The notes: generated by a model from the letters alone, not told the origin. 64,000 nucleotides of DNA from an uncultured Chloroflexia bacterium (GCA_963850035.1 CAWKJP010000022.1:12164-76163); one strand, 5' to 3'. Counted from the stretch's first letter, positions 1 through 9,986 are shown. Translations and numbers: made by a program.

Positions 1-1963
1 CACGGAATCCCGCGACGGCGATCTCCAGGGGCGGACCCGCATCGACCGGCTCGTCGAGCGCGGCCCATCCCTCGGCAAGCGCCGCCAGTGCCTCGCCCCA
101 CGGGTCCTGCTCGCGCCCGGCGGCGATCCGGACGGCCGTCGCGTCGGCCCGGCCGTACTCGGTGCCGATCGGGCTTCGCGAGATCGCGAGCCCCGCACGC
201 CCCACCTGCGCGAGCCACGCGACGCCCAGCCGCTCGGCCGCCGCCACCGCCGCCTCCGCCTCGATCGCCCCCCGCGCGTCGCCGCTCATCAACCCCGCAA
301 TCGCGCCGCCGAGCGCCGCTGCCGCCGCGATCGTCGGGGCGTCGCTCGAAGCCCGGGCGGCATCCTCGAGCAGGGACCGCGCGTCCCGGACCCGTCCCGC
401 GACGAGCGCGGACAGTCCGGATGCGAGCAGCTCGCCGGCGCCGGGTTGGGTCGATCCGGCCCCCGTCGCACGGCCTGGGCCGACCGCGCCGCTGACCGGC
501 GGTCCCCGTCGCGCGAGCGGATCCCGGGCGACGGCGGCCCGAAGCCAGCCCGTCCACTCGGCGCCCGGCGCCGGATGCGGGTCGAGCCATGCGGCCAGCG
601 CGACACGCTCGCGCCGGCAGGCGGCCCCCGAATCGCCTGCCCCGAACAGCGCCTCTGCGCTGGCATATGCGTCGAGCCCCTGCAGCCAGCGGCCCTCGGC
701 GCGATGGCGCCGGGCGGTCGCGAGCGTGAGCCAGGGATCCTGCACGAGGAGCGCCGCCGGAAGGCTGTCGATCCACGTCCCGTGGCCGGCGACGAGGCGC
801 GCCCCGTGACGGTCCAGGAGCCGATCCACGGCGGCCCAGTCCTCGGCACGACTGAAGGCGGCGAGTGCCTCGGCGACCGCGCCGGTAGCCACCAGCAGCT
901 CGCCTGCCCGGCGCGCCTGCGCCCGAGCGCCCTGCTCGCCGGCTTCCGCGACGAGCATCGTCTCGAGGTGGCTGCGCAGCACCTCGTGGTAGCGGAACGT
1001 CCCTTCGTCATCGAGCGCGACCGTGAAGACGCTTCGGCGCTCCAGCTCCTCGAGCAGCGAACGACTGCCCGACCGGCCCAGGAGCGCGTCGCAGAGGGGC
1101 CCGCTCAGGCGGCGGAGGACGCTGGTCCTGACCAGGAAGTCACGAAGCTCGTCGGGCAGCTCCGCGACGACGTTGTGCGCGAGGTAGTCGCGGACGAACC
1201 GCGGGCTGGACCCGAGGCCCGCCAGGATCCGCAGCCGCTCGTCGCGGGGCTTGCCGCGCGTGGCGAGGTGGAAAAGCTGCAGCCCCGCGGCCCACCCCTC
1301 GGTCCTCCGGGCGAGGCGGGCGAGCTCGTCCGGGCGGAGCGCATCGTCGTAGAAGTCGCGGAAGAGCCGCTCGACCTCCCACGACCGGAAGCGCAGGTCG
1401 TCCACGCCGATCTCCAGCAACGCCCCGGAGACGCGGCGGCGCGAGAGATTGAAGGGCGGCACCGTGCGCGAGCCGACGAGCACCGCCAGCGTCGGTGGTG
1501 CGTAGTCGATGAAGCGTTCGAAGGCGGCTTCCGCGGGCGATCCCGTCAGCGTGTGAAGGTCGTCCACGATCAGGAGGGTGTTCGTGGATATTGCCAATTC
1601 CAGCGCGGCCGCGGCGTCCTCGACACTCGTCCAGCCGCGGGGAAGGTTGGGAACCGCCGCCGCACACGCGGCTTCGAGGCACGCCACCAGCGCCGCCTCG
1701 CTGCCGTCGGTGCTCTCTGCTCGGTACCAGGCCACCGGATGGTCGGCCATGGCGGCCCACCCGGCGAGGAGCGTCGTCTTCCCCGATCCGGCGGGGGCGA
1801 CAACGAGCGCGAGCCGATGGGCCCACAGCTCCGGCAGGAGCTTGTCCAGGCGCTCCCTGGGGAGCCACCGGACCCGGGGCGCGCGGACCTTCGCCGGGAC
1901 GACCGCGCCAGTGGCGTGACCGTTCGCCGCAGGTCTCCGCTCGGACCGCGGTTCCATCCCCAT
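1..1963 (-). CDS. MalT/LuxR-like large ATP-binding (STAND/AAA) regulator, N-terminal ~654 aa; the C-terminus lies beyond the left window edge
   Basis: Own translation of the minus strand from ATG at 1963: MGMEPRSERRPAANGH...LALVVAPAGSGKTTLLAGWAAMADHPVAWY (Walker A), LLIVDDLH (Walker B-like), then a long helical-repeat region. The frame stays open to position 1, so it is missing from the ORF track. The listed ORF 446..2191 (+) is its antisense shadow. Confidence 0.75.
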   Translation of the reverse strand, partial: MGMEPRSERRPAANGHATGAVVPAKVRAPRVRWLPRERLDKLLPELWAHRLALVVAPAGSGKTTLLAGWAAMADHPVAWYRAESTDGSEAALVACLEAACAAAVPNLPRGWTSVEDAAAALELAISTNTLLIVDDLHTLTGSPAEAAFERFIDYAPPTLAVLVGSRTVPPFNLSRRRVSGALLEIGVDDLRFRSWEVERLFRDFYDDALRPDELARLARRTEGWAAGLQLFHLATRGKPRDERLRILAGLGSSPRFVRDYLAHNVVAELPDELRDFLVRTSVLRRLSGPLCDALLGRSGSRSLLEELERRSVFTVALDDEGTFRYHEVLRSHLETMLVAEAGEQGARAQARRAGELLVATGAVAEALAAFSRAEDWAAVDRLLDRHGARLVAGHGTWIDSLPAALLVQDPWLTLATARRHRAEGRWLQGLDAYASAEALFGAGDSGAACRRERVALAAWLDPHPAPGAEWTGWLRAAVARDPLARRGPPVSGAVGPGRATGAGSTQPGAGELLASGLSALVAGRVRDARSLLEDAARASSDAPTIAAAAALGGAIAGLMSGDARGAIEAEAAVAAAERLGVAWLAQVGRAGLAISRSPIGTEYGRADATAVRIAAGREQDPWGEALAALAEGWAALDEPVDAGPPLEIAVAGFR

Positions 1964-2129
1964 GACAGGCGATGCCGGCCCCCCAGCCAACCGGCCACAT
2001 GCCGGTGCGAGACGCCATTGTGGCGGCGACGGGCGCGCGGGTCCAGCCCCGGTTCGGCGCGAGAGGGCCCGCGAGCGGTCCGCCGTCGTCGGTCAGCTGC
2101 CCCCGGCTCACCCGGCCGGGCCCGCGGCG

Positions 2130-2648
2130 TCAGCCGGGGTGCGAGTGGAGCGACCGAAGGCGCATGCGCAGGGCATCGTCGGCGTCGTTGAGGTGCGGGT
2201 CCTCGACGAACCGGTCGGGATGGTGGCCGGTCTGCACGATCTCGCGCTCGAAGGCGGTGCGCTGTTCCGGGAGCCCGGCGATCACGACCGGCGCGCGGTC
2301 GCCGACCGCCCGGAGGACGCGGACGAGGTACGGCTGCGGGTCATGGGCTCGAGACCGGCGAGGCACGGAGACGATGTCTGCTCCGCCCGGCGCCTGTTCG
2401 CGCGCCACCCGCGCCCGTGTCTCGCCGAGGTACACGACGGCACTGCCCGACGGGCGATGCGGCAGCGTCGCGATGGTCACGCTCGTTGCCCCCGGGCTCA
2501 TGGTTCGCTTCCCGGGCGCGGGCGGCGGCTCGGCGGCCGGCAGCCCCGCGCACGTCCCGACGGCCGGCATGGCTGGAGCCGCCGTGGCCGATGCCGTCAC
2601 GGGCACGCCGAGCGCGGGCGGCCCGGCGTGACAGGATCGACCGTGCAT
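2130..2648 (-). CDS. hypothetical small protein (172 aa)
   Basis: Part of ORF 2130..2906 (-). ATG 2648 was chosen because GGAGG lies 7 nt upstream (GGAGGTAGCCACATG). Third-codon-position GC is high. No family recognised. The C-terminal half shares motif order with the product of 36817..37308. Confidence 0.5.
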   Translation of the reverse strand: MHGRSCHAGPPALGVPVTASATAAPAMPAVGTCAGLPAAEPPPAPGKRTMSPGATSVTIATLPHRPSGSAVVYLGETRARVAREQAPGGADIVSVPRRSRAHDPQPYLVRVLRAVGDRAPVVIAGLPEQRTAFEREIVQTGHHPDRFVEDPHLNDADDALRMRLRSLHSHPG

Positions 2649-2782
2649 GTGGCTACCTCCAGCGTCCAGGACGCACGGTACCTCCATCGGGCGACCGGCG
2701 AGAAGGCCGTCCGGATCGGATCGGATCGCCGAACGGCACGTCGGGTGCGGAACCATTTGAATGGCGGTACCGTCACCCAACC

Positions 2783-3709
2783 ATGCGCGCGCTCGTTCGA
2801 CCCGCGGCCCGATCAAGCCGGATCCTGCTGATTGCCGTCCTCGTCGCTGCCTGCAGCGCACCGGCGGGTGGGAGCCCCTTCCCGGCGACGCAGGCGCCGC
2901 CCGCAACGCCTACTGCGCTCGCGAGCGCGCTCACCGCGGCCGACGCGGCGGCGCTCGTCGTCGCAGGGGACCCGCGCTTCGCCGGCATCGGCCCGCGCGA
3001 CGCGGGCATGGTCGGCCAGGGTTCCTGGTACGAGGTCGAGCCGTCGGGGTCCGGCTGGAGCGTCACGGTTCAGATTGGCTGGGGCGATTGCCCGGCGGGG
3101 TGCATCTCGCGCCACACCTGGACGTTCGCGGTCACCGCCGCCGGCGCCGCCTCCCTCGTGAGCGAGACCGGTGATGCACTGCCTGCCGCGAGCGGCATCG
3201 CCTCCACGGGGCAATCGGGCACGATCGCGCCGGCCCCGGCAACGGTCGGGCCCGCCCCGAGCGCCGGCCGGCCCGCCCCGTCCAGTCCGGCTGTCGGGCC
3301 GACACCCACGCGGCAGCCCGCCGCGACCCCGAGGCCCGTGCCGACTGCCACCAGCCCTGCCCCACCCTCGACCTCGGTCCCCGCGAGCGGCGGGCCCGGG
3401 ATCGTCGGCACCGCGACCGCCGGCCCGGTCTGCCCGGTCGAGACCAACCCGCCCCTCCCGGGCTGCGCGCCACGGCCCGTCGCGGGCGCGACGATCACGG
3501 TGCGCAATGCGGGCGGCCAGGTGGTCGCCACCGCCACGACCGGCCCGGACGGCAGCTACCGCGTGGCGGTGCCGGCGGGCAGCGTCCAGGTCGTGGCAGC
3601 GCCCGTGGCGGGGCTGATGCATGCACCCGCCTCCCTCGACGTGGTGGTCCCCGCGGGCTCGTCGTCGTGGGTCCGGGTCGACCTCTCCTACGACACCGGG
3701 ATCCGCTGA
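2783..3709 (+). CDS. secreted lipoprotein with Pro/Ala/Thr-rich linker and C-terminal carboxypeptidase-regulatory-like beta-sandwich domain
   Basis: ATG 2783 within ORF 2417..3709. Signal peptide with lipobox LLIAVLVAAC-S. C-terminal GATITVRNAGGQVVATATTGPDGSYRVAVPAG is typical of CarboxypepD_reg-like folds. Confidence 0.6.
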   Translation: MRALVRPAARSSRILLIAVLVAACSAPAGGSPFPATQAPPATPTALASALTAADAAALVVAGDPRFAGIGPRDAGMVGQGSWYEVEPSGSGWSVTVQIGWGDCPAGCISRHTWTFAVTAAGAASLVSETGDALPAASGIASTGQSGTIAPAPATVGPAPSAGRPAPSSPAVGPTPTRQPAATPRPVPTATSPAPPSTSVPASGGPGIVGTATAGPVCPVETNPPLPGCAPRPVAGATITVRNAGGQVVATATTGPDGSYRVAVPAGSVQVVAAPVAGLMHAPASLDVVVPAGSSSWVRVDLSYDTGIR

Positions 3710-3788
3710 CGGCCGTTCGTTCTCAAGCGGCCTCCATCGCGTCGGTCCCGGCCCATGCATCGTGAGGCGACGCGGTCGCGGTTCCTGC

Positions 3789-3794
3789 TACCGT
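3789..3794 (+). promoter_or_regulatory. candidate -10 hexamer of a leaderless promoter (TACCGT-N8-ATG, copC)
   Basis: TANNNT hexamer 8 nt upstream of ATG 3803. No RBS. Confidence 0.4.
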
Positions 3795-3802
3795 GCCGCG
3801 CG

Positions 3803-4369
3803 ATGACCGGTCGAACAGCCCGTCCCGCTCGCCGATGGCTCGCACTGGCGGCAGGCGTGCTCACGCTCTTCCTTGCTCTTCCGGCCGCCGGCGTCCTGGC
3901 GCATGCGACGCTCGTGTCCTCGGATCCGGCGGCGGGTGCCGTGCTCGCGGTGTCCCCGGCCGCGATCAGCGCAACCTTCGCGGAGCCATTCGCTGTCTCA
4001 CGAAGCTCGATGGAACTGCTCCGCCCGGACGGCACGACCCTGGCGACGAGCACGGCCGCCACATCGCCGACGGCAGAATCGATGTCGATCTCCGACTTCG
4101 GAACGCTCGTTCCGGGGACCTACAGCGTCCGCTGGATCACGATCACGCCCGACGACAACGGCATCGAACGTGGAACGTTCGCGTTCACGGTCGGGACATC
4201 TGGCGCGGCGGGTCCCGCAGTCTCGGGTGCCGCCGCCACGGCCGGTCCGTCACCGGGCACGGGAGGCTCCTCGGGTTCGGGCGGGTTCGGCGATATCGCG
4301 ATTGCGCTCGTGATTCTGGCCGGTCTGGTGCTGGCGGGACTTTTCTGGTTCGTTCGTCGGTCGCGTTGA
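3803..4369 (+). CDS. copC: CopC-domain copper-binding/resistance protein with C-terminal membrane anchor
   Basis: ORF 3755..4369. The predicted mature N-terminus HATLVSSDPAAGAVL and YSVRWITITPDDNGIERGTFAFTV fit the CopC domain pattern. Gly/Ser linker followed by a TM helix. Start 3803 is preferred (TACCGT 8 nt upstream). Confidence 0.7.
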   Translation: MTGRTARPARRWLALAAGVLTLFLALPAAGVLAHATLVSSDPAAGAVLAVSPAAISATFAEPFAVSRSSMELLRPDGTTLATSTAATSPTAESMSISDFGTLVPGTYSVRWITITPDDNGIERGTFAFTVGTSGAAGPAVSGAAATAGPSPGTGGSSGSGGFGDIAIALVILAGLVLAGLFWFVRRSR

Positions 4370-4373
4370 TCTC

Positions 4374-4760
4374 GTGAAATCGATCGGCGCCGCCGTCTCG
4401 GCCACCCATCCTCGTTCGAGGAGCCGACTCCGTGCGCACCCCATGCTCGCGCTCGTCGCGGCGCTTGCGATCGCGTTGGCGCTGTCGGGCTGTGGGAGCG
4501 CCGGCAAGACGGCCGCGGGCGTCGTGATCGCGCTCGACGCGACAGGCGGGCAGGTCAGCAGCTTCACGCTTCGGACGACGGACGGTTCGGTGATGGTCTT
4601 CTCCATCGGCACCCTCGAGACGGACGGAGCGGCGTTCCCTGCATCTCACCTCGCGGTCCACGCCGCAACGCTCGGCCCGATCGCGGTCGCCTATCGGGAG
4701 GAAGGCGGGCGGAACGTCGCATTCCGGATGGTCGATGCGCCATGGGCGCGCCCGACGTGA
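4374..4760 (+). CDS. small lipoprotein, function unknown
   Basis: GTG 4374. Arg-rich n-region, then LALVAALAIALALSGC lipobox. No family recognised. Confidence 0.5.
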   Translation: MKSIGAAVSATHPRSRSRLRAHPMLALVAALAIALALSGCGSAGKTAAGVVIALDATGGQVSSFTLRTTDGSVMVFSIGTLETDGAAFPASHLAVHAATLGPIAVAYREEGGRNVAFRMVDAPWARPT

Positions 4761-6184
4761 ACCGACAGAGGCGACACACCCTCACGGCGGCGGCCTCGCG
4801 CGTGGCTGGGCTGGGCGCGGCGGCAGCGTTGGCGCTGCTCCTGCTTCCAGGTGTCGTGCTGGGCCATCAGCTCGTTGGGCTCTTCGAGTCTCCGATCCCG
4901 CTCTCGGTCTACCTCGCCGGTGCGGCTGCCGCGGTCGGGCTCTCGTTCGTCATCGTGTTCGTCCGGGACGTTCGACCGTTCGGGCCGGGCGATCCTCGTC
5001 AGCGGCAGGTGCCGCGCTGGCTTCGTACCGTCCTTCGCCTGGCCGGCGTCATCGCAGTCGGCTGGATCCTGGCGCAGGGCCTCGCCGGCGCCAGCAGCGA
5101 TGGCGACGTGGGCGTGCTCTTCCTGTGGATCTATGGCTGGGTGGGCATCGCCCTCGTGTCTGCCCTCGTCGGCCCGGCGTGGGCGTGGCTCGACCCATTC
5201 ACCACGTTGTTCGACATGGGCGCCTGGATCTGGCGCCGAACGGGCATTGCCGGTTGGACTCCCGCCCCGTATCCCGAGCGCCTCGGGCGCGCCCCAGCGG
5301 CTGCCGGCTACGCCGTCTTCGTATGGCTCGAGCTGATCGTCACCGGCGGGGGCGGCGGACGCATCCTCGTGGGGGCGTTCCTCCTCTACCTCGCCATCAC
5401 CCTCCTCGGCATGGCCCAATTCGGCCGAGACACCTGGCGGGCCCGGGCAGAGGTCTTCAGTGTCTGGTTCGGCCTGCTCGGGCGGATCGCACCGATTGCC
5501 CTGGCCGGCCCGCCGGAGGCCGGTGTCGTCCGTCGCCGATCGTTCGGTGCCGGGCTCCTCGAGCCGGGCTGGGCTCGATCGGACGTCGCCCTCGCCGCCC
5601 TGGCCGTGGCCGGAGTCCTGTACGACGGTCTCTCGCAGACGCAGCTCTGGTACGACACGGTCGGTGTGGCCGGGCTCCTGGGTGGCACGCGCACGCTCGT
5701 GGCCTTCCTCGGCATCGCCGTGGTCCTGGCACTGGGCGTGGCGCGCCTGGTTGCGGGCTCGTCCGGCGCGGGTATGGGCATCGCCGCGGTGGGCGCCGGT
5801 CTCGTGCCGATCGCGACGGGCTACGTCGCTGCTCACTACCTCACCTTCCTTCTCATCGACGGCCAGAAGCTCCTGATCGCCCTTGGCGACCCATTCCTGC
5901 AGGGCTGGAACCTCGGCGGGCTCGCATTCTTCACGCCAAACGGGTCCCTGTTCCCGCCGGGCCTCGTGTGGGCGGTCCAGCTTGCCGCGGTGGTCGGTGG
6001 CCACATGCTCGGCGCGGTTGCTGGCCACGCCGCGGCCACGAAGGACCTTGACGTTGCTTCGCGGAGCGCGCGTCGGTCCCTGCGACTGCGCCAGGTCCCA
6101 CTCGCGATCCTTATGGTCGCGCTCACTGCGACCACGCTTTGGTCGCTGGGCCAGTCGATCGTCGCGGTCAAGCCCGCCGGGTGA
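4742..6184 (+). CDS. polytopic integral membrane protein, function unknown (copper-related only by context)
   Basis: 480 aa with roughly 10-12 hydrophobic helices. Overlaps the upstream lipoprotein gene by 19 nt. No family recognised by eye. Confidence 0.6.
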   Translation: MGAPDVNRQRRHTLTAAASRVAGLGAAAALALLLLPGVVLGHQLVGLFESPIPLSVYLAGAAAAVGLSFVIVFVRDVRPFGPGDPRQRQVPRWLRTVLRLAGVIAVGWILAQGLAGASSDGDVGVLFLWIYGWVGIALVSALVGPAWAWLDPFTTLFDMGAWIWRRTGIAGWTPAPYPERLGRAPAAAGYAVFVWLELIVTGGGGGRILVGAFLLYLAITLLGMAQFGRDTWRARAEVFSVWFGLLGRIAPIALAGPPEAGVVRRRSFGAGLLEPGWARSDVALAALAVAGVLYDGLSQTQLWYDTVGVAGLLGGTRTLVAFLGIAVVLALGVARLVAGSSGAGMGIAAVGAGLVPIATGYVAAHYLTFLLIDGQKLLIALGDPFLQGWNLGGLAFFTPNGSLFPPGLVWAVQLAAVVGGHMLGAVAGHAAATKDLDVASRSARRSLRLRQVPLAILMVALTATTLWSLGQSIVAVKPAG

Positions 6185-6336
6185 CGCCGCCTGGGTGCGT
6201 ACCGAGGTCGGGGGCGTCGCGCCGTGGCGCCCTCGCCGGCCTGATGGCGCCCTCGAACGGCTGTTGACGGTCGAGGGCGAGCACCCGCCCGTTTGGTCGC
6301 GGTCGCAGGGCGCCCGGCTCGGCCTTCCGCGCCGAC

Positions 6337-6342
6337 TACACT
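6337..6342 (+). promoter_or_regulatory. candidate -10 hexamer of a leaderless promoter (TACACT-N6-GTG, ABC ATPase)
   Basis: TANNNT hexamer 6 nt upstream of GTG 6349. No RBS. Confidence 0.4.
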
Positions 6343-6348
6343 GCCGGG

Positions 6349-7293
6349 GTGCCGCTGATCGCCACCGAGAACCTGACCAAGCGCTACCCGGGACCGGGCG
6401 GCGGCGTCCTCGCCCTCGACGCACTGACCGTGGAGATCGAGCCCGGGATCGTCGGCCTGGTCGGAGCGAACGGCGCCGGCAAGAGCACGTTCCTGCGGAT
6501 CCTGCTGGGGCTGCTCGCCCCGACGAGCGGGCGGGCGTCGGTCCTCGGCCTCGACACGGCCACGCGAGGCGGCAGGATCCGCGAACGCGTCGGCTACATG
6601 CCCGAGCACGACGTGCTGCCGCCGGACCTCACGGCGACCGACCTCGTGGCTCACCTCGCGGAGATGAGCGGCCTGCCCCGGACGGCGGCGCGCGAGCGAA
6701 CGGCCGACGTCCTCCGCCACGTCGGCCTCTTCGAAGAGCGATACCGCCCCATCGGCGGCTACTCGACCGGCATGCGGCAGCGCGTGAAGCTTGCCCAGGC
6801 GCTCGTCCACGACCCCCGGCTCCTCCTCCTCGATGAACCCACGAACGGCCTGGACCCGAGCGGACGCGACGAGATGCTGGACCTGATCCGGCGCACCGGA
6901 AACGAGTTCGGGATCGCCGTCCTCGTCTGCTCGCACCTGCTGGGCGAGATCGAGCGCGTCTGTGACCACGTGGTCGCGATCGACGGCGGGCGGCTCCTGC
7001 GGTCAGCTTCGCTGGCCAGCTTCACGGGCCGGACCGGGACGCTGATCGTCGAGGTCGACGATGGCGCGGACGACCTTGCCGCCGACCTGGTCGCGGCCGG
7101 GTTCCGGGCGCGCGTGGACGGCCCCCGACTCGTGCTGGTCGCCGCCCAGGACGTGCGCCCGTACGACGCGATCCGTGATGCCGCCGCGAGCCGCGGGCTC
7201 GCGCTGATCCGCATCGAGGCCGCGCGGCACCGCGTGGAGGACCTGTTCCGCGACGATCCCGACGAGGAGGGGGCGAATGGCACAGCCGCCTGA
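6349..7293 (+). CDS. ABC transporter ATP-binding protein (ABC-2 type)
   Basis: Walker A GANGAGKST, signature YSTGMRQRV, Walker B LLLLDEPTNGLD. Confidence 0.9.
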   Translation: MPLIATENLTKRYPGPGGGVLALDALTVEIEPGIVGLVGANGAGKSTFLRILLGLLAPTSGRASVLGLDTATRGGRIRERVGYMPEHDVLPPDLTATDLVAHLAEMSGLPRTAARERTADVLRHVGLFEERYRPIGGYSTGMRQRVKLAQALVHDPRLLLLDEPTNGLDPSGRDEMLDLIRRTGNEFGIAVLVCSHLLGEIERVCDHVVAIDGGRLLRSASLASFTGRTGTLIVEVDDGADDLAADLVAAGFRARVDGPRLVLVAAQDVRPYDAIRDAAASRGLALIRIEAARHRVEDLFRDDPDEEGANGTAA

Positions 7294-8191
7294 CCTCGTC
7301 GCGGGGAGCGCGACCGGCTCCATCTTCGATCTCGGGTATCGCGGATACGACGGCCCGCGCCTTGGCCGCCGCCATGCCATCGCGACGCTGTTCACGCAGT
7401 CCCTGAAGTGGACCTTCGGCATCGGCCGGGGCGGCCGCGCGAAGATCGCGCCGTTCGCGCTGGCAGGGCTGGCACTGCTCCCGGCGATCCTCGCCGTGGG
7501 GATCCGCGCGCTGGCTGGGCAGGCGACGGAGCGCGTCTCGCCGATCACGCCGCAGAACTACCTGACCTTTGTCCAGACGTTCATCGCCTTCTTCGTGACC
7601 GCGCAGGCGCCGGAGCTGCTGGGCCGCGACCAGCGCCACCACGTCCTGACCCTCTATTTCAGCCGGGCGCTGGAGCGCACCGACTACGCCCTCGCCAAGT
7701 ACGGGGCCCTCGTGTCGGCGCTCGCGCTCGTCCTCTTCGTGCCCCAGCTGATCCTGCTGCTCGGGATCGTGTTCGCCTCGATCGACCTGGGCGCGGGTGT
7801 GGGGGAGGCGCTGCCCCTCGTCGTGCCGATCGTCGTGAGCACGATCGTGGCCGCGGCGTTCTTCTCCGGGGTCGGCCTCGTCATCGCGGCGTTCATCCCG
7901 CGGCGGGCCTTCTCCGCTGGAGCGATCGTGGCGACCTTCCTGGTGCTGAGCGGCGTCGTCCAGGTGCTGGTGGTGCAGGGCCGCCTCCGGGATCCGTTCC
8001 GCTACATCGCCCTGCTCGACCCGTATGCCCTCCTCGACGGGCTTGCGACCAGCATGTTCGGTGGCGCCGGGCGCAATTCGACCGTGACACACTCCGGCCT
8101 CGATCCCGCGATCTTCGCCGCCGGGGCCGTCGTCGTGGCGGTCGCCACGCTCGTGATCCTGGTTCTTCGCTACCGGCGGATCGAGGCATGA
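7277..8191 (+). CDS. ABC-2-type transporter permease
   Basis: 304 aa with about 6 hydrophobic helices. 17-nt overlap with the upstream ATPase gene. Assignment rests on architecture and context only. Confidence 0.6.
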   Translation: MAQPPDLVAGSATGSIFDLGYRGYDGPRLGRRHAIATLFTQSLKWTFGIGRGGRAKIAPFALAGLALLPAILAVGIRALAGQATERVSPITPQNYLTFVQTFIAFFVTAQAPELLGRDQRHHVLTLYFSRALERTDYALAKYGALVSALALVLFVPQLILLLGIVFASIDLGAGVGEALPLVVPIVVSTIVAAAFFSGVGLVIAAFIPRRAFSAGAIVATFLVLSGVVQVLVVQGRLRDPFRYIALLDPYALLDGLATSMFGGAGRNSTVTHSGLDPAIFAAGAVVVAVATLVILVLRYRRIEA

Positions 8192-9147
8192 GCCAGCTCG
8201 TCGCGACCCGGCCGGGCGTGGACCCGGTCGGCGCGCCCCCGAGCGTCGAGGTCAGCGCGGTCGCGAAGTGGTACGGCAACGTCGTCGCGGTCAACGACAT
8301 CACCTTCAGCCTGGAGTCGGGCGTCACGGGCCTCCTTGGACCGAACGGGGCCGGCAAGAGCACGCTGCTCCACCTCGTCGCGGGCCTGCTCCGGCCGTCG
8401 GCCGGGAACGTCAGCGTCGACGGGCGGCCGACCTTCGGCGATCCCGCGGTCTACCGGCGGGTGGGCCTGGTCCCCGAGCGCGAGGCCGTCTTCCCGTACC
8501 TTACGGCCCGCGAGTTCGTGCGGCTCAGCGCACAGCTCCAGGGCCTGCCCATCGGTACGGGCGCGGTCGATCGCGCGCTCGGAACCGTGGAGCTCGCCGC
8601 CGCAGCCGACCGCCAGCTCGCGACCTACTCGAAGGGGATGCGCCAGCGGGCGAAGGTCGCGGCCGCGCTCGTCCACGACCCGGCCGTCCTCGTCCTTGAC
8701 GAGCCGTTCAACGGCATGGATCCGCGCCAGCGCCTCCACATGATGGCGCTCCTCCGCACGCTCGCCGACGAGGGCAGGGTGATCCTCTTCTCGTCCCACA
8801 TCCTCGAGGAGGTGGAGCGCGTCGCCGAGCGCGTCCTGGTCGTGGTCTCCGGTCGTCTCGCCGCGTCGGGCGACTTCCGCGAGATCCGACGGCTCATGAC
8901 GGACCGCCCCCACTCATTCACGCTCCGCACGTCCGACGACCGCGCGCTGGCCGGCCGCCTGGCGGGCCGGCCCACGGTGTCCGGGCTCACCTTCGAGGAC
9001 GGACGCCTGGACGTCCGAACGGCGGATTTCGCGACCTTCACGCGCGAGCTCCCGGTGATGGCGCGCGACGCGGGCGTCTCGATCTTCGAGCTGGCTCCCG
9101 CCGACGAATCGCTCGAGTCCGTCTTCGACTACCTGGTGCGCCGGTGA
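8188..9147 (+). CDS. ABC transporter ATP-binding protein (ABC-2 type), second copy
   Basis: ATG 8188 overlaps the previous stop (ATGA). Walker A GPNGAGKST, signature YSKGMRQRA, Walker B VLVLDEPFNGMD. Confidence 0.9.
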   Translation: MSQLVATRPGVDPVGAPPSVEVSAVAKWYGNVVAVNDITFSLESGVTGLLGPNGAGKSTLLHLVAGLLRPSAGNVSVDGRPTFGDPAVYRRVGLVPEREAVFPYLTAREFVRLSAQLQGLPIGTGAVDRALGTVELAAAADRQLATYSKGMRQRAKVAAALVHDPAVLVLDEPFNGMDPRQRLHMMALLRTLADEGRVILFSSHILEEVERVAERVLVVVSGRLAASGDFREIRRLMTDRPHSFTLRTSDDRALAGRLAGRPTVSGLTFEDGRLDVRTADFATFTRELPVMARDAGVSIFELAPADESLESVFDYLVRR

Positions 9148-9986
9148 GCGGCGGAGCGTCGGCGGGTCGCGGCCCGGTTCCCGGCTGGCCGGCCGCGGCG
9201 CCCGGGCCGCCGCCCCTGCCGCGACGCCCGTCGGCGCCGGTGCTGGGCGCCTCGGTCCTCGGGCCGCTCATCGACGTGACGACCCGCGGGCTCCTGGGTC
9301 GGCGGCGGATCCTCCTCGTCGGCCTGCTGGCGCTGGCGCCCGTGGGCGTGGCGGCCGTCCTCGTCGTCGGCGGCGGCATCGGCACCACGACCCAGCTCAC
9401 CCGCGACCTCTACGACTCGCTCGTCATGACCACGGTCGTGCCGCTCGTGGCCCTCATCCTCGGGACCACGGCGATCGGCGCCGAGATCGACGACGGAACG
9501 GTCGTCCATCTGCTCGCAAAACCCGTGGGACGAGGCTGGATCGTGCTCGCGAAGATGCTCGTCGCCGGGACCGCCGGGGCGCTGCTGTGCGGGACGTCGA
9601 CCCTCGTCGCCGGCTTCCTCCTCGTCCGGCTCGACTCGCCGGCGCTCCTGCTCGGGATGCTGGCCGGCGTCGTCCTCTCGGTGATCGCCTACACGGCCGT
9701 CTTCGTCACGCTGTCCGTCTGGACGGGCCGGGCGCTCATCGGCGGCCTCGCGTATGTGCTCCTCTGGGAGGGACTCGTCGCGACCTTCTTCTCCGGGACG
9801 CGGCTCCTGTCGATCCGTGAGTACGGGCTGGATGTTGCCGCCGGGATCGCAGGCGCCGAGGCCGGCACGCTCGCACGCGATGTGCCGCTCATGACCGGCC
9901 TGGCCCTCGCGATCGTCGTGACGGTGCTCGCGTACTGGCTCGGGGCGCGACGCCTCGCCCGGTTCGAGATCTCGGACGCGGGGTAG
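9144..9986 (+). CDS. ABC-2-type transporter permease, second copy
   Basis: GTG 9144 overlaps the previous stop (GTGA). 280 aa with about 6 hydrophobic helices. Confidence 0.6.
   Translation: MSGGASAGRGPVPGWPAAAPGPPPLPRRPSAPVLGASVLGPLIDVTTRGLLGRRRILLVGLLALAPVGVAAVLVVGGGIGTTTQLTRDLYDSLVMTTVVPLVALILGTTAIGAEIDDGTVVHLLAKPVGRGWIVLAKMLVAGTAGALLCGTSTLVAGFLLVRLDSPALLLGMLAGVVLSVIAYTAVFVTLSVWTGRALIGGLAYVLLWEGLVATFFSGTRLLSIREYGLDVAAGIAGAEAGTLARDVPLMTGLALAIVVTVLAYWLGARRLARFEISDAG

Noticed and set aside
446-2191. Long ORFs in the track with Arg/Pro/Gly/Ala-rich translations. Examples: 446..2191 (+), 4691..6424 (-), 13184..14926 (-), 15650..17470 (-), 20520..22253 (-), 23138..26092 (+), 29153..32779 (-), 37407..39512 (-), 59554..63342 (-).
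   Set aside because: Each overlaps, in antisense or another frame, a gene with clear family motifs. Their composition is the typical shadow-ORF signature of very GC-rich DNA. Not reported as features.
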